From assembly GCA_037447605.1 (NCBI GenBank), contig CM074808.1, positions 3,472,001-3,536,000 on the forward strand: a stretch of 64,000 nt of DNA. Reading direction: 5' to 3'. Origin of the DNA: Zygnema circumcarinatum SAG 698-1b (taxonomy: Eukaryota > Plantae > Zygnematophyceae). Under the pieces are notes generated by a model. That model made no database searches, had not been told where the DNA came from, and was given only the letters and a program-made list of their open reading frames with translations. This document shows, one piece after another, positions 38,309 to 50,528 of the stretch; position 1 is the first letter of the stretch, and each line of letters starts with the position of its first letter. The position numbers were made by a program, and so were the translations under genes.

Positions 38309-39518
38309 TCAATCCCTCAGTCCCTTCGCCGCCGGTTCATCGATGAACCAAACCAATGTACCCTCTTCCGGGTAGACCTTCTGCGCAGGGAGGGAGCCTT
38401 CGGCCACCGGCGGCCCAAACACGAGCTTCAATTGCTCCGTTTTGCCGCCCCCCACGGCCACAAAGCCAATGTTTGCGGCGGCGTTGATGGCGGGGGACGT
38501 CAAAGTGATTCGTTCGGGAGGGGGCTTCGGAGAGTCTGTGATGTGAGCGACCCACTTGGTCTTTTCTTGAAGGAGGGGATGGTGCGGAAAGAGAGACGCG
38601 ACATGGCCGTCGGGACCCATGCCGAGGAGGATGATGTCGAATCGAGGGTATGTACCATCTGCATGTGCATGTGTGTATGCGTGAGCGTGAGAGAGGGAGG
38701 TGGGGGGGGGGGGGGGGGGGGGGGNNNNNNNNNNGGGGGGAGAGAGAGAGAGAGAGAGGGAGAGAGGAGAGAAAAATGAACCACTATTCTTTCTCCTTAC
38801 ATGACTTGAATCTGTTGGCGGTAAGCAACTAAAGAAACTAACTCATGAGGAATTACAAAATTGGAGGAAAAATAACACCTGAGGTCGTTGATAGAACTCC
38901 AACTTTTGTCAAATGGCGTAAATTCGTTTCGTAGTCGCTAGCTGCTCCCTCGGCGCTGAGAAGCTCGTTGATGCTATAAACCTGGCCAGGAGGAATAGGC
39001 ACCTGTATCCAAGCAATACAAAGTAAAATTGAATTCTCTTCATATAGTAGGTTTCAGCCATCTGGGTGGGGAGTGGGTTCTAAAATTTGTGCTACGATGA
39101 AGGTCAGGTTACGGTTCAAGAGTGGGCGTTACCTTGGATAAAAACTCCTCAAATGCCGCCTTATAGTTGCTGTCAGGTGAGCTTAGGGGCACCACCCTTT
39201 CGTCAGCCCAAAAAATGTGCCATCGTGCCCAGTCGAGCTCATCCATAAATTTTGGATCTGCCAACGCTCTGTGGAAGGAGAGGGAGAAGGGGAAGGAGAA
39301 GGAGAAGGAGAAGGAGAAGGAGAAGGAGAAGGAGAAGGAGGAGGAGAAGGAGAAGGAGAAGGAGAAGGAGAAGGAGAAGGAGAAGGAGAAGGAGAAGGAG
39401 AAGGAGAAGGGGAAGGAGAAGGCGACAAAGAAGGAGATGAAAAAGCGTGGGAAGAAAGAGTTGATAAAAACTGTCAACGGGAAGACATGGCACGCACATG
39501 TAACTGGCTGATATAAAG

Positions 39519-39602
<84 letters not shown>

Positions 39603-40964
39603 TCTTTACATAATACACAAGACGAAGCTGAACACATATCTATACATAAAAAGATGATTGGGAGTATTTGCATTATGCAAACGGAACTCACGCAAGTGCC
39701 TTCACTAATGAGCCGCCAGAGAGCACAAGAGTAAATGCAGATTTTTTTGAAATGCTTTCCTGCAGCCATGAAACACATTTGGTGCAGCCAAACGTGTGCA
39801 ACCTTACATCAACAAAGCCGAAATCCACTAAACGAAAACACGGTTAAGGTAACTTCTTCCCCACCGAAAAAAAAAAAAAAAAAAGCATTTGAGTAAGCCG
39901 GTTGCATGCATCTGCTGCTCTGACTTCTGACCACTTATAGCGCCGATTGGTCGCACGAAATAAGCATTAAAACATATCATTTCGAAACCCACCGTTGTGC
40001 ATTTTCTATATCAAGCGAAATAGAAATCACTTACCAGGAAGGGTCTTTAGGTAATGTAAAATTCTCACCGTTGAGATGTTTTTTATATATTCTGCAAGGC
40101 CTACAGAAAGGTCCTTCATGTCCGGATAGACCTCCACCCTCACTCCGCCCCTTCCTCCAACTGGACGTAGCGAAAAGTTGAATGAAAAGAGACAGGAGAG
40201 GAGGAGAGGGAAGAAGAACGGGAACAGAGTAAGAGAGGAGAGAGAGAGGACTGTGAGAGAGGACCGAGAAAATCAAGCACGCAACGAAGCTTTCTGAAAC
40301 AGAAGACCCAAAGAGCCGCATGGCAACGTCGATGCTACTCAAGTTCTTGTTTAGTCAGCTTTACTTAATTTATAAAAAAATAAAACTACACAAACATTTG
40401 CAGCATTGTTTTTCCCCCAACAAAAAGAAAGCTTAGAGAAAAGAAAACATCCCTGTTTCTCATTCTGCTCCGTAAAAGTCGTATATCTAGCACTTACGTA
40501 TATACCCAAAGCTCACCACTCTCTTTCATTCAAACTCTACACGATCCCTCCCTCTGTAAGGTCGTCCCCCTATATCTCTCCACTTCTCCTATCCTCCTCT
40601 TCCCCCATCTATTGAACCTTTTCCCCCTCGCTCCCTCCCTCCCCTTTCCCCCTCGTTCGCCCTCCTCACCTGCTACTTCAAATGTTTCCGTTGCAGCCAT
40701 GACGTTTCTCGCTACTGCTAATCTCCAAGAATCTCTCCCAGAGGGCAATCCTCCTCCCTCCCTCCTACTTTCTTCTCCTCTTCCTCCCCACACAAGCTGA
40801 GGATGTCTGCCAACACGAAGTCCAGATGATGCTGCGCCAAACTCAAAGCGAAGAAAGTCCTCCCGTCTGCTGCAAGAAGCGGAGGGTGGAAGAGGCGAGG
40901 GTGGGAGACGGCGGATAGAGGGAGAGGTGCTTGAGAAGAGGCAGCTTCTGCAGAGTGAGGACAT
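38309..40964 (-). CDS. PGL3: 6-phosphogluconolactonase with an N-terminal plastid transit-like peptide; 6 exons
   Basis: Motifs VLSGGSL, WHIFWADERVVP..SPDSNYK, VPIPPGQVYSINE, FDIILLGMGPDGHVASLFP, SPKPPPERITLT and VWFIDEPAA. Ser/Arg-rich N-terminus from ATG 40964. Confidence 0.93.
39278..39600. repeat. (GGAGAA)n about 20 units, plus (TC)n about 38 units, in one PGL intron
   Basis: Direct reading: hexamer array at 39278-39420 and dinucleotide array at 39522-39600. Confidence 0.9.
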
Positions 40965-41806
40965 GGCGAGATCTCTGCGACGAAGACGACAGGGAGGGAG
41001 GGAGTGTGAGTGAAGGGTCGTGACGTCACGCCTCGTCCCTCTCCAAGCTGCCAAGGTTGTCCATGTCCATGTCTTTCAGTTCTTCGATTTTTTTGCATTT
41101 TTGGCCCATCGTTGCTCATTTAAACGGCAGTTGGGGCGGGTCTTTTTTTTTCATAAGGCACAATGGCACAGAGGTAAGGGGACGCCTCCTTAGTAGTTTC
41201 CAAAATGTTGTAGTTTAATTTTGCTGGGTTAAAATTGGAGGAGAAACATAAGAGAAGAAAAAGAATTTTGGGTTGCCTTGAGCCTTTGGGATTTCACATG
41301 TTGAACAGGTTTGAAGCAAGCTCCACTTTGAACATTGTTCCAAGAAACCATGTTTTTCAAAGCCCACAATGATGGACAATGCCATTTGGGCGTGAGCGTT
41401 CAATTTTGAATGGTTTGTTGTTTCGAATTTTCTCATTGATTATTCGCTTTTTGTCCCGAAGGCCTCACTCAGCGGTACGGTATCTGCACACTGTGCGGCA
41501 TGAGGCTCGCTTCAAACTCACTCGGTGCATCATCATGCCCATCGCACACCACATGGAAGAAATCGGGCGAAAAAACTCCCTCTGTATTTCTTTATCAGCA
41601 GCGCGAGGTGAATGCACAAAGAAGCAGGGCCAGTTGTTCCCTCCCTTCAGGCGCACGTGTTTAGCCATCGGCCTTAGCCACACGCTCAAGTTCGTCCTCC
41701 TCCTTGATGGCATGACTGCAGCACAAATCCCAAAAGGAATGAATACAGATCGTTGTAGAACAGTCAAACACAGCTCCCACAGTTGTCGTGTTGTCAGTTG
41801 TCTTCG

Positions 41807-41843
<37 letters not shown>

Positions 41844-42016
41844 GGACCTTCATCTCGATGCCCTATAGTGTCAAAACTTGGCCATACGCCGAGGAATCGC
41901 TCCCAGCCGTAGATTGAACGCCCGCCCTTCGATCGGACGGCGGGTCCGGACTGCTTCCTCGCATGGAACTACATCGGAGCGTTCTCGTTCTCGTCGTTGT
42001 CTCGATAACGAGACGT

Positions 42017-42292
42017 CACGTGTCTCGTTCCGTGACACGTTTCTATGTCATTACGGAGTTGCGGTGTAGCGTAGTATCACGGTAGTTTCACGGGACGGCC
42101 TTTCTATGTGGGGCTCTAATATCCAGTGAGAAGCGACGGCTTGACTGTCTCCATGCGATGCATTCCACGTGGGCCACTCTCCTCTCGCCCTCGCACGTGC
42201 GCCTCTCTGGTCGCGCCACGTGGCAGCTTCTGCCTGCTGTCCTCCGACCCTCTCCTCCCTCCCTTTCCCTCCGCAGCCATGGCGGCCACGTG
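42017..42292. promoter_or_regulatory. Cluster of five CACGTG G-boxes upstream of PIP
   Basis: CACGTG at 42017, 42166, 42194, 42217 and 42287. Confidence 0.55.
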
Positions 42293-42361
42293 AGGCTCGC
42301 TGAACGGGGAATTGCACGGGCGGGTGGCACCTTCTTTGCGCTTGGAAGGAGCTCGGCGGCC

Positions 42362-45300
42362 ATGGCGGCGCAGGAGGCTTCTCTTCCGTCTTCTGAGGGG
42401 AGGCACAGGTGAGTCGAGGGGTTTTGCTGCCCCTTGACGATAATGGCTTAGCTCTTAACCTTAAGTTTTAGTCCTTAACCCTAGTTATGGGCTAATCAGC
42501 CCTAATCCTGACACGTAGCTTTAGCTTCAGGCCTCTCGCCGGACCCTTCTTGCGCGAGGTTTAGGCATAATTTGGCCCATAAATTCGAGAATATAACTTC
42601 TACTCGTAGAAGTATCTCCGCAACTATGAGGGGCCTTGTGGCATGTGTGGGTTAGTCACAATCTCCAAACTCTTAAGTACATTGGAAGATAAGAGGCTTT
42701 TAAAAGGAATGGAATGAGTTTTTTTGGGGCATTCGCCTTATATAGTTTATTCAGCATGAAAAGTTTGATATAAATGAGAGTGATTCAAAACCAACTAAAT
42801 CTCTTTACTTACCCCCTGCATGTTTATGCTCAAGTATTTATCCACGATTCGCATAGACCAAATTTCTAACATGAATTGTACCAAGCTATTCCCTTCTTCT
42901 TATGAGCATGATCATGGAATGGATAGGGCTGTTATTGAGCTTTGTCTCTTATTAGTATGATTAAACAACAGGCCAAACCTCGAGCATTGGCTCTTATGCA
43001 AAAGGTGCTCAGGGGTTTAATTTTTTTTTTTTATTAATTTATTCATTCATTTCTTTAAAACAATTTTTTTTTTTTTGCACATAGAAGTCACTAACTCAAT
43101 CCGCAAAATTTCAACAGAATTGGAGCGACGTTCCATGTGCCTGGGCTGCAACTCACCGACCATTTCTTTGACGTTCCATTGGACCACACAGGCAGCAGTC
43201 CGGGCAGAATAAATGTATTTGCCCGAGAGGTTGTTTCTGGTACAGTCTTTCCTGCTGCCTGTGATTCCTTGGCCGCTCGTTATCACCAAACTTTGTGGCA
43301 TTCTTTTTCAGTCTGTCCCACGCCAAATTCAAAATTATCAATCGGGAGCGTTCTGACTGAACAACTGATGTTCGTGTTCATGTCAGCACTTGGAAACTTG
43401 GAAATGTGGCATGCTAGGACTTACTGTGCCTGTTGCAATGTCATGGATGCATGCATGCAGTGGATAATGTGGGGAAGGCCATGCCATGGCTCCTCTTCCT
43501 GCAGGGAGGCCCCGGCTTTGAGTCTCCTCGCCCTTCAGAAGCTTCCGGATGGATCGCCAAAGCATGCGAAGCTCATCGAGTTCTTCTTCTCGATCAGGTC
43601 GGAATCAAAGGGCTCTCTCTCTCTCTCCCTCTCTCTCTCTCTCTCTCGCTTTCTCGCTCTCCGTCTCTCTCTCTCCCGCTCTCTCTCTCTCTGCGTGTGG
43701 GTGTGACTTTGCAAGATCTAAAGGCTGACTTCACTAAACCACTCCCAGAATTTTTGTATTCTCATATCTGACATCTGTTCCTCTTTATGAGCAGCGGGGC
43801 ACAGGGTTGTCGACGCCACTTGGCACCTCGGCATTGGGCCAGCTGGCATCCCCTGAAGAGCAGGCTTCCTTTCTGAGCCATTTCAGAGCCGACAGCATTG
43901 TGAGAGATGCTGAGCTCATCCGCAAAACTTTGCTGCAGCCCGCGGAGAAGTGGGTCCTCCTTGGTCAGGTCAGACATAAAAAAACTGAACCCTTCAAAGG
44001 CACCTTCGTTCCTCTCATAAGTTTTACCCACGAAAATCTGGAAACCCTAGAAATCTCCACAATGTAGTGATCCTTTGTTCCCCTTTTTCTTGTTGGGGGG
44101 TGAACATGGAACGAACGAACATGGAACGAACAACAAACAAACAACAACATGAAACACAACAACAACAACAACAACAAAATGGAACATGGAACGTGTAGAG
44201 TTTTGGCGGTTTCTGTGCAGTGACGTATCTCAGCTTTGCCGCCCATGGCCTGAGCAAGGTGCTGCTGACAGGTGGCCTGCCGCCATTGGACGAGGGCTGC
44301 TCTGCGGAGGCGGTATACCGCGCATGCTTTGCCAGAGTGGAGAAGCAAAGTCAAAAGTATTACTTTCGGTTTCCGGAAGATAGAGCGATAGTTCGAGAGA
44401 TTGTCCTTCACTTAGCGGAGAATGAGGTAATGGCGAGTTTCGCGTTGAGAGTCAAAACAGTCTCATAATGTAGAAGGTTGGTTTTTGATTTTTGCAGCCC
44501 CAAAAAATACTTTGAAAAAGCCCTTGAAAGTGTAAAAGTGAAGGAACCTACCTTCTATAGTTTTCAGTTTTTCAGGTTTTCAGTTTTTTAAGTTTTTCAG
44601 AGTAAACCTTTGTCTATATCTTGGAAGCTCATTGTTCAATGTGGTTTTCGCAGGTGAGTATGCCTTCTGGAAGCACCTTAACTCCTCACTTTCTGCAGAG
44701 TATCGGTTTCGGACTCGGTCAGGCCGGAGGCTTTGAGAGGCTACATTATATGTGAGACTTTTACTTTTACTTCGTTCTTAGACCTACAATCCTGCATCTC
44801 ATAGTTCAACAACTTGAGAGTCCCAATCTGAACATCATCATTCAGAACACAAGGAAAAGGACAAGCATAAAAATGGCACTAGGGACGATTAAAAGGCCAA
44901 CGAAGCGAAACCTCACACTCTTTACACTTTTTTTTCAAAAACTGAGTTTTCTTTGTAAGGTCTGACCTGCAGGCTAGAAAGAGCTTGGGAAGCAGAACTC
45001 GTACAAGGGGCACCCAGAAAGCTGAGCTCTACTTTCTTGCAAATGGTAATGTGATTATCATACATTCTGTTTGTGGGAAACCATTAATTAACCTATCAGT
45101 TTTCTGATCGCTTTGAGACAGTTTCTCGGAAAGAATGGCCCAAACAATGTATGGACTAAATTCCTGTTTGTGGTTTCCCATGTTATTCAGGTTGATGTCT
45201 ACCACTCTTTTGACACCAACCCCCTCTATGCTATCCTGCATGAAGCCATCTATTGCCAGGTCAGCATTTCCACACAGGGCAATCGTCGTGACTTTTGACT

Positions 45301-46269
45301 TTTGTGAGTCTTTAATGAATGCCTTTTTGTCTCTAATGCATCATCTAGAAGTTGCGATGGTTGCATGCTGAAAGGCACATTATTACAAAGACAATGAAAT
45401 TTAGGATTGGTTGGTTTTCCCTAGGGAGCCCCTTCAAAATGGGCAGCTCAACGAGTGAGGGAGGACATTGGCGATAGTTTCGATCCCGTGCGAGTCGCGA
45501 GGAATGGTGGGGAAGTTCCCTTTACGGGAGAGGTGCTCTTCTACTCCCCCTCCCTCTCCCTCTCCCGCTCCCTCTCCCTCTCTCTCTCTCCCTCCTTATG
45601 TCTTCCTCACAAACCCTTCCTTTAATTTTTACTAGTTATAACATGGATGCTAGCAATGCAGTTCTGATTGTGCTCCTAATGCCAAGCGAAAGGAAGGTGA
45701 ATTTCAACATTCCTTTTGCCCTTTCTGAGCAAATTCTTGTTTTTGGCCTTCGTTCGTTCGTCGCAGATGATTTTTCCGTGGATGTTTGAAGAAATTGCAG
45801 CCCTTCGACCCTTGAAAGCTGCCGCTCAGATTCTGGCGGAAAAAGATGATTGGGAACCTCTATATGATAAGACTGTCTTGAATGCGAACGAGGTGAGAAA
45901 AGTCATCTATATCTGATTTTCCTCAAGGAATCTAAGTCTTCCTGAACATTACGGAGACCTGCTTTCGGCCTCTCTAACTTAATAGCACAATCTCTTTACA
46001 CAATCTTCCGCAGAGTGGAATGCGTCCACTCCTATTCGGAAGGTTTGAACCATTGACCTCTGAGTTCTATGCAGGTTGCCGTGGCTGCCGTTTTGTACTA
46101 CGAGGATCTCTATGTGAGTCCGCGACTCTCTGAAGACACTGCTGCGGAAATTCGGGGAGCAAGAGTTTGGGTAACAAATGAGTACATGCATTCGGGAATT
46201 CGAGAGAACGGGGCAAGAGTCTTGGAACGACTCTTCGGAATGTTGTCAGGGGCCATTCCCTTGAACTGA
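42362..46269 (+). CDS. PIP: Proline iminopeptidase (alpha/beta hydrolase, S33); 11 exons; alternative upstream in-frame ATG at 42158
   Basis: Motifs DHFFDVPLDH, LQGGPGFESPRP, DQRGTGLSTP, HFRADSIVRDAE, nucleophile motif GQSFGGF, FDTNPLYAILHEAIYC, YYEDLYV and TNEYMHSG (Ser-Asp-His triad). Confidence 0.95.
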
Positions 46270-47202
46270 ATGGCTCGCGCATGGGGGTGGAATTAGGTCA
46301 TAGAGAAGGTCCTGATTTCGGACTTACTTTACGAGAAAATGTTTACTGGAAGGAAGGGGCTTCGGAGGGCAGCGTAGGGATTGTACAGCTTGGGAATTAG
46401 GTTGTGCTGTTTTGGGCCGACAGCTCTAAAAGAGTAGGGATAGAAGTCGACGTAAAACACTGTACTTCATGGCTCCCACTGCTTGCTTCTCGAAACCAAA
46501 ATGTATTGAAGGAGAGGCTTAGGTGTAGTGGCTAATGCTGAATTAGGTTAGATCAGTAGTTTAGCTGAAGCTTCAGAATTGGGGTCACTCATGAAAGTTC
46601 TCTTTTGTGAAGGGGAAAAGTAAGTGTCTCAATGCCACAAGCAACAATGTCTGAGCTGAATGTCATGTTTAGGGTTGCGCGACTTTGTATTGACACGCTT
46701 GAGCTAGTTTTCAAGGTAAAGTTTGCACACTATCCTTTTATGGATCATCCTAGGGTGAAGAAACATCAAAACTCGAAGATTGCATGGCATCCATCACAAG
46801 AGCAATGGTGCGATGATGAGATGCTCACAACAAAAGCGAGAACATTCTTAGTTAGAGGGGGGACGACCGAAGGTCAAACGAGATCAATCACTCAAAAAAA
46901 CGACCCTTCGTGATGCAGTGTTAGAGGTTCGTGAAGGTAAAGGAGTTTAAGGGCGAAGCTCCGACAAGCACGCGTTGATTCCCGCGTCGGAATGCTCGAA
47001 AGGTCGCCGTGGGCGTTTCCGAACCGCCGATCCCTAACAACATCGTATTTTCCGACGGACGGATCTTCCCTGCAAGGGACTGCATGGCCGTCGGCGGCCG
47101 GCGCGCTGCAAGCCAACTCCGAACCCCTCACCAGCCTCTCCCGAGCTTTCCCACGCTTTTCCTCCTCATTGCTCTCTGCTTCTCCGCCTCTTCCGCGAAG
47201 CC

Positions 47203-48329
47203 ATGGCTGCCCATACATCGTCAGGGTCGTCCTTTCAGCCCTTTATGTTCTTCCTCTGCGCCATGGCTGCTCTGCAGGACGTGTTTGCTCAGCCAAGCAA
47301 AGTGGCCTCTCTGCTGAACGTGACGATGCAGCTGGCGGGGAATCCCAAGTACACGGCGCTGCTGGAGGCCATCCAGAGGGAGCATCTCGACCAGGAGATC
47401 GTCTCTCACGGGCAGCCTCTCACTCTCCTCGCTCCCACGAACGCAGCCATGGAGTCGCTTGCGAGCGCCGTGCAGGCTCGCTTACAGAGGGACCATACCA
47501 CCTCCTACGTCCTTCGGGTGAGCAGGAAACCGAGAAACGAGGGATAGTAAGAATGAAAATGAGCATTTTACTGTAGGCCGTTATTTTTATGAAATTGAGG
47601 TTATACTTGCTTGTTATTTCATCAATTGTGCAGTTCCATGTGGTTCTTGGCTACTACAAGCACGACACATTTGAGGGCCTCCCGGGAGGGTCAACGGTTG
47701 CAAGTCTCGCTGGACCTCGCTTGAATGTGACTGGCGGACTACCTCGTGGTGCTGTTCAATTCGGCATCCAGGACTACACGCAGGCATCCCTTGTCGATCC
47801 CGACGTTGTCGACAACGGCCTACTCTCCGTGCAGGCATGAAACCCCTCTCAATTTCACCAAGATCACTTGTAATATAGCAACATTGTTTCGTGCATTGCA
47901 CTCGTAAATTGAGTATTGAGTTCAGTCTTTTACGCCATACAAGACTGAACTTTTACTGTCGAGTCAGAATGAAACGCTTGACTCAGCACAAGTCCTGACA
48001 CGAAAGAAAACCCGTTTTTTATTCAGGGAGTCGATCACATGCTCCTACCGGAAGGCATTGCTCCCGCGGAGTCTCCAACCGCTGCGCCAATTCCTGTTGT
48101 GGCTTTGACGCCCGCCCCACTGCCTAAGGGTGGGGTTGTTCCGGCCGCCATGCCACCAGCAGCAAGTAATCAATCAACAATTGGAGGGGGAGAAACACAA
48201 GGGGCACTGTCTTCGGCCGCATCGAAAACACTGAACTTAAAGGCATGGGGCTCCAACAGTTCCTGTGTCATCATGATGGCATTGACGTTGTTGACCCTAG
48301 CGATTTCAGGGCCTATGCTTCAAAAGTAG
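47203..48329 (+). CDS. Fasciclin-like arabinogalactan protein (single FAS1 domain, AGP region, GPI-anchor signal)
   Basis: Exons 47203-47517, 47634-47834 and 48027-48329. Signal peptide; FAS1 H1 LTLLAPTNAA, YH-type motif FHVV and H2 SVQGVDHMLLP; AP/SP/TP-rich region; hydrophobic C-terminus. Intron 2 needs a GC donor. Confidence 0.9.
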
Positions 48330-48717
48330 CACAGGCTTGCCACATGGAATGACGTAAGCATGGCCTTTGTGTTATGTAGAGCATTTTAAAATTCTGTGTT
48401 ATGTGGAGCATTTTAAAATTGTACTGAAGTTACTTAAACCATAGAAATGGTCCTGTAATGCTTCTGCGCAGTCACGGTTGAAAAGGCGTGCGATGAAAGG
48501 GTAAGGGACGATTGGGAAGGCGTAAAATAATAACAGACATGGGTCAGCCAAGACGAGCAACAGAAGCCCAGGCAAAGGAACCAAACCGCAGAAAAACATT
48601 GCCATAGGTTTGCCTCCAGGCGTATTTCTGATAAGCAGAGAGAATCCGAGATCACATTCGGAAAATTTTCCAGCCAGCCGCCTTCCCAGTCTACACTGCG
48701 CTGCCTATCCCTGCCAT

Positions 48718-50528
48718 TTAAATCTCCACTTGTTCCCTCAAGCGTCGAATGGTACTGCGCACGGTAACAGCAGATGCAGTGCTGTTTTCCAACCAGGCCC
48801 ACCCAAAAGAAAAAAGAAAAAAAGCGTCCTTTTTGTCAGAGCTATGCCAGGTTCTTTCTTCCTGCAGCCCCTTTGCTCTTAGCGGCTCCCTCTGTGTCCC
48901 TCGCCGACATCTAACCTCGAAAACGATATAGAGAAGCTTGCATTTAACCTTAAACACAAACGAGACCTTAACAAGCAAGCAGGCTCAAGGACCAAATTAG
49001 GGTACGAAAGTGAAATCCTAAAGCAAAGGAAGCTTTAATACTCACTTAAGGACATATGCACCGCCAGCTTTAGTCTTTCCACAGTCCCTGCAGTCCCAGA
49101 TGCCTACGGCTGACCTCTTCACAGAGAACTGCACAATATCCAAAACGAAGAAAGAATAGTAAGAAAATCAAGTGTAGCCACTCGCAAATTTAAAATGCCA
49201 CGTACCTTGATTGCCTGCAGCAAGAGGCAGTCGAGGACTAAAACTTACCTTTCCGCAAAACTCGCAAAAGTACTTTGCGTGTTGGCTGACCTCCATCTTC
49301 TTAATCTGCTTTCTCAAACTGGCACCATAACGAGTACCTGCAGTTACAGGACAATAAAACATCAGCGAAATAGCCCCAAAATAATCAAACGAACAGCCGA
49401 TTTCGTAAGGTGGACACAAGAGAGAGAGAAAGAGCGAGAGAGTGAGAGAGAGATAAGGGACGAGACACCAATCAAGGGCATCAGAAACGGAGTAAAGGCG
49501 AATGTTAAAACCGTAAGTCTCTTGCAGCTAAAAGCACGGAGCTGATCATATACGTGATGATACCGTACAGTGACATCTCAAAAAAAAAACCTCATCGATA
49601 AAAGTGGAAAAGTAAAATTCAAAAGTAAATATGATTATGCGTATGCGTATGCTTATGTGAGACATCCCTACATATAATCAAGGGGTCTAAATCATAAAAG
49701 TGATCGAAATACAACAGAGCAGGGGAGGGAGAGAGAGAGCAAGAGTATGCCTCGAATCAGACTTCACTAAGAAGGCTTTGCTATGTTGCACATGTTGTTC
49801 CAGACTCTAGGAGGGAAAACCGAAAAAAGTAATTTAGTATCAATGTCCACATTGGCTGGTATCAGCCGTTGCTCATAACTCTAAAAAGGCTGCTCAGGAT
49901 GATGCGCACTAAAATTTCCAGTTTCAAATCCCCATCATTAAGACAAATGGAAAATACAGAGATGAGAGTCATCAACAAAAATGCAGCTGTGCATGCCTCA
50001 CATGTAGCCTGCAGTGTATGGTTTCTAAAAACTATTAATCGCTCGGCCGGGTGAGGGCAAACTCTAAAATGCACTAATGCTGCTACTCCTTCGGCGGTGC
50101 TGAAACCAAACCCTAATTTCCCTTCAGAGCAGCACTCACCGTACTTTCCGACGATACCGGCCTTCTTAGTGCGCTTCGTCTGCAAACAAAACCACCTCCC
50201 GCTTTCCCTCCAATCAGCATCCCTTCTCCGACCCACTTCCAAACCCTAATTCTTCAACCCACAGGCCTACCCCAACTCCTAACCCTAGACTCTATTGAAA
50301 ACTCAAAAGCACAAAAACCCACTACGAACCACCCAAGTCCTGAAAAACCAGCCCAAATGAGCCCTTCAATCCTCAAACTCCCTTCCTTGATCAAATCCCT
50401 GCACCCTAACGCTGAAACCTATAGACAGTGAAATAAACCCCCCCGAAGCATGAAGCCCCAGAAGTACAAACCCACATCCTGAACCCTAAATCCTAGCAGG
50501 AGGCCCGAGAGGGAGGAAGACCCACCAT
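48718..50528 (-). CDS. RPL37A: 60S ribosomal protein L37a (eL43), 92 aa; 5 exons, the first being ATG only
   Basis: [44 protein letters not shown]...[10 protein letters not shown]...[11 protein letters not shown] with a C2-C2 zinc finger. Confidence 0.98.

Noticed and set aside
39256-39685. GA (5') / CT (3') repeats as an intron-bridging RNA stem
   Set aside because: Seen in only one intron, with imperfect complementarity. Other introns have CT or GA at either end with no consistent polarity.
355-40964. Possible oxidative pentose phosphate gene cluster (6PGD-like + PGL)
   Set aside because: The first gene is a roughly 300-aa beta-HAD lacking the 6PGD C-terminal domain, and it lies 35 kb away with unrelated genes between.
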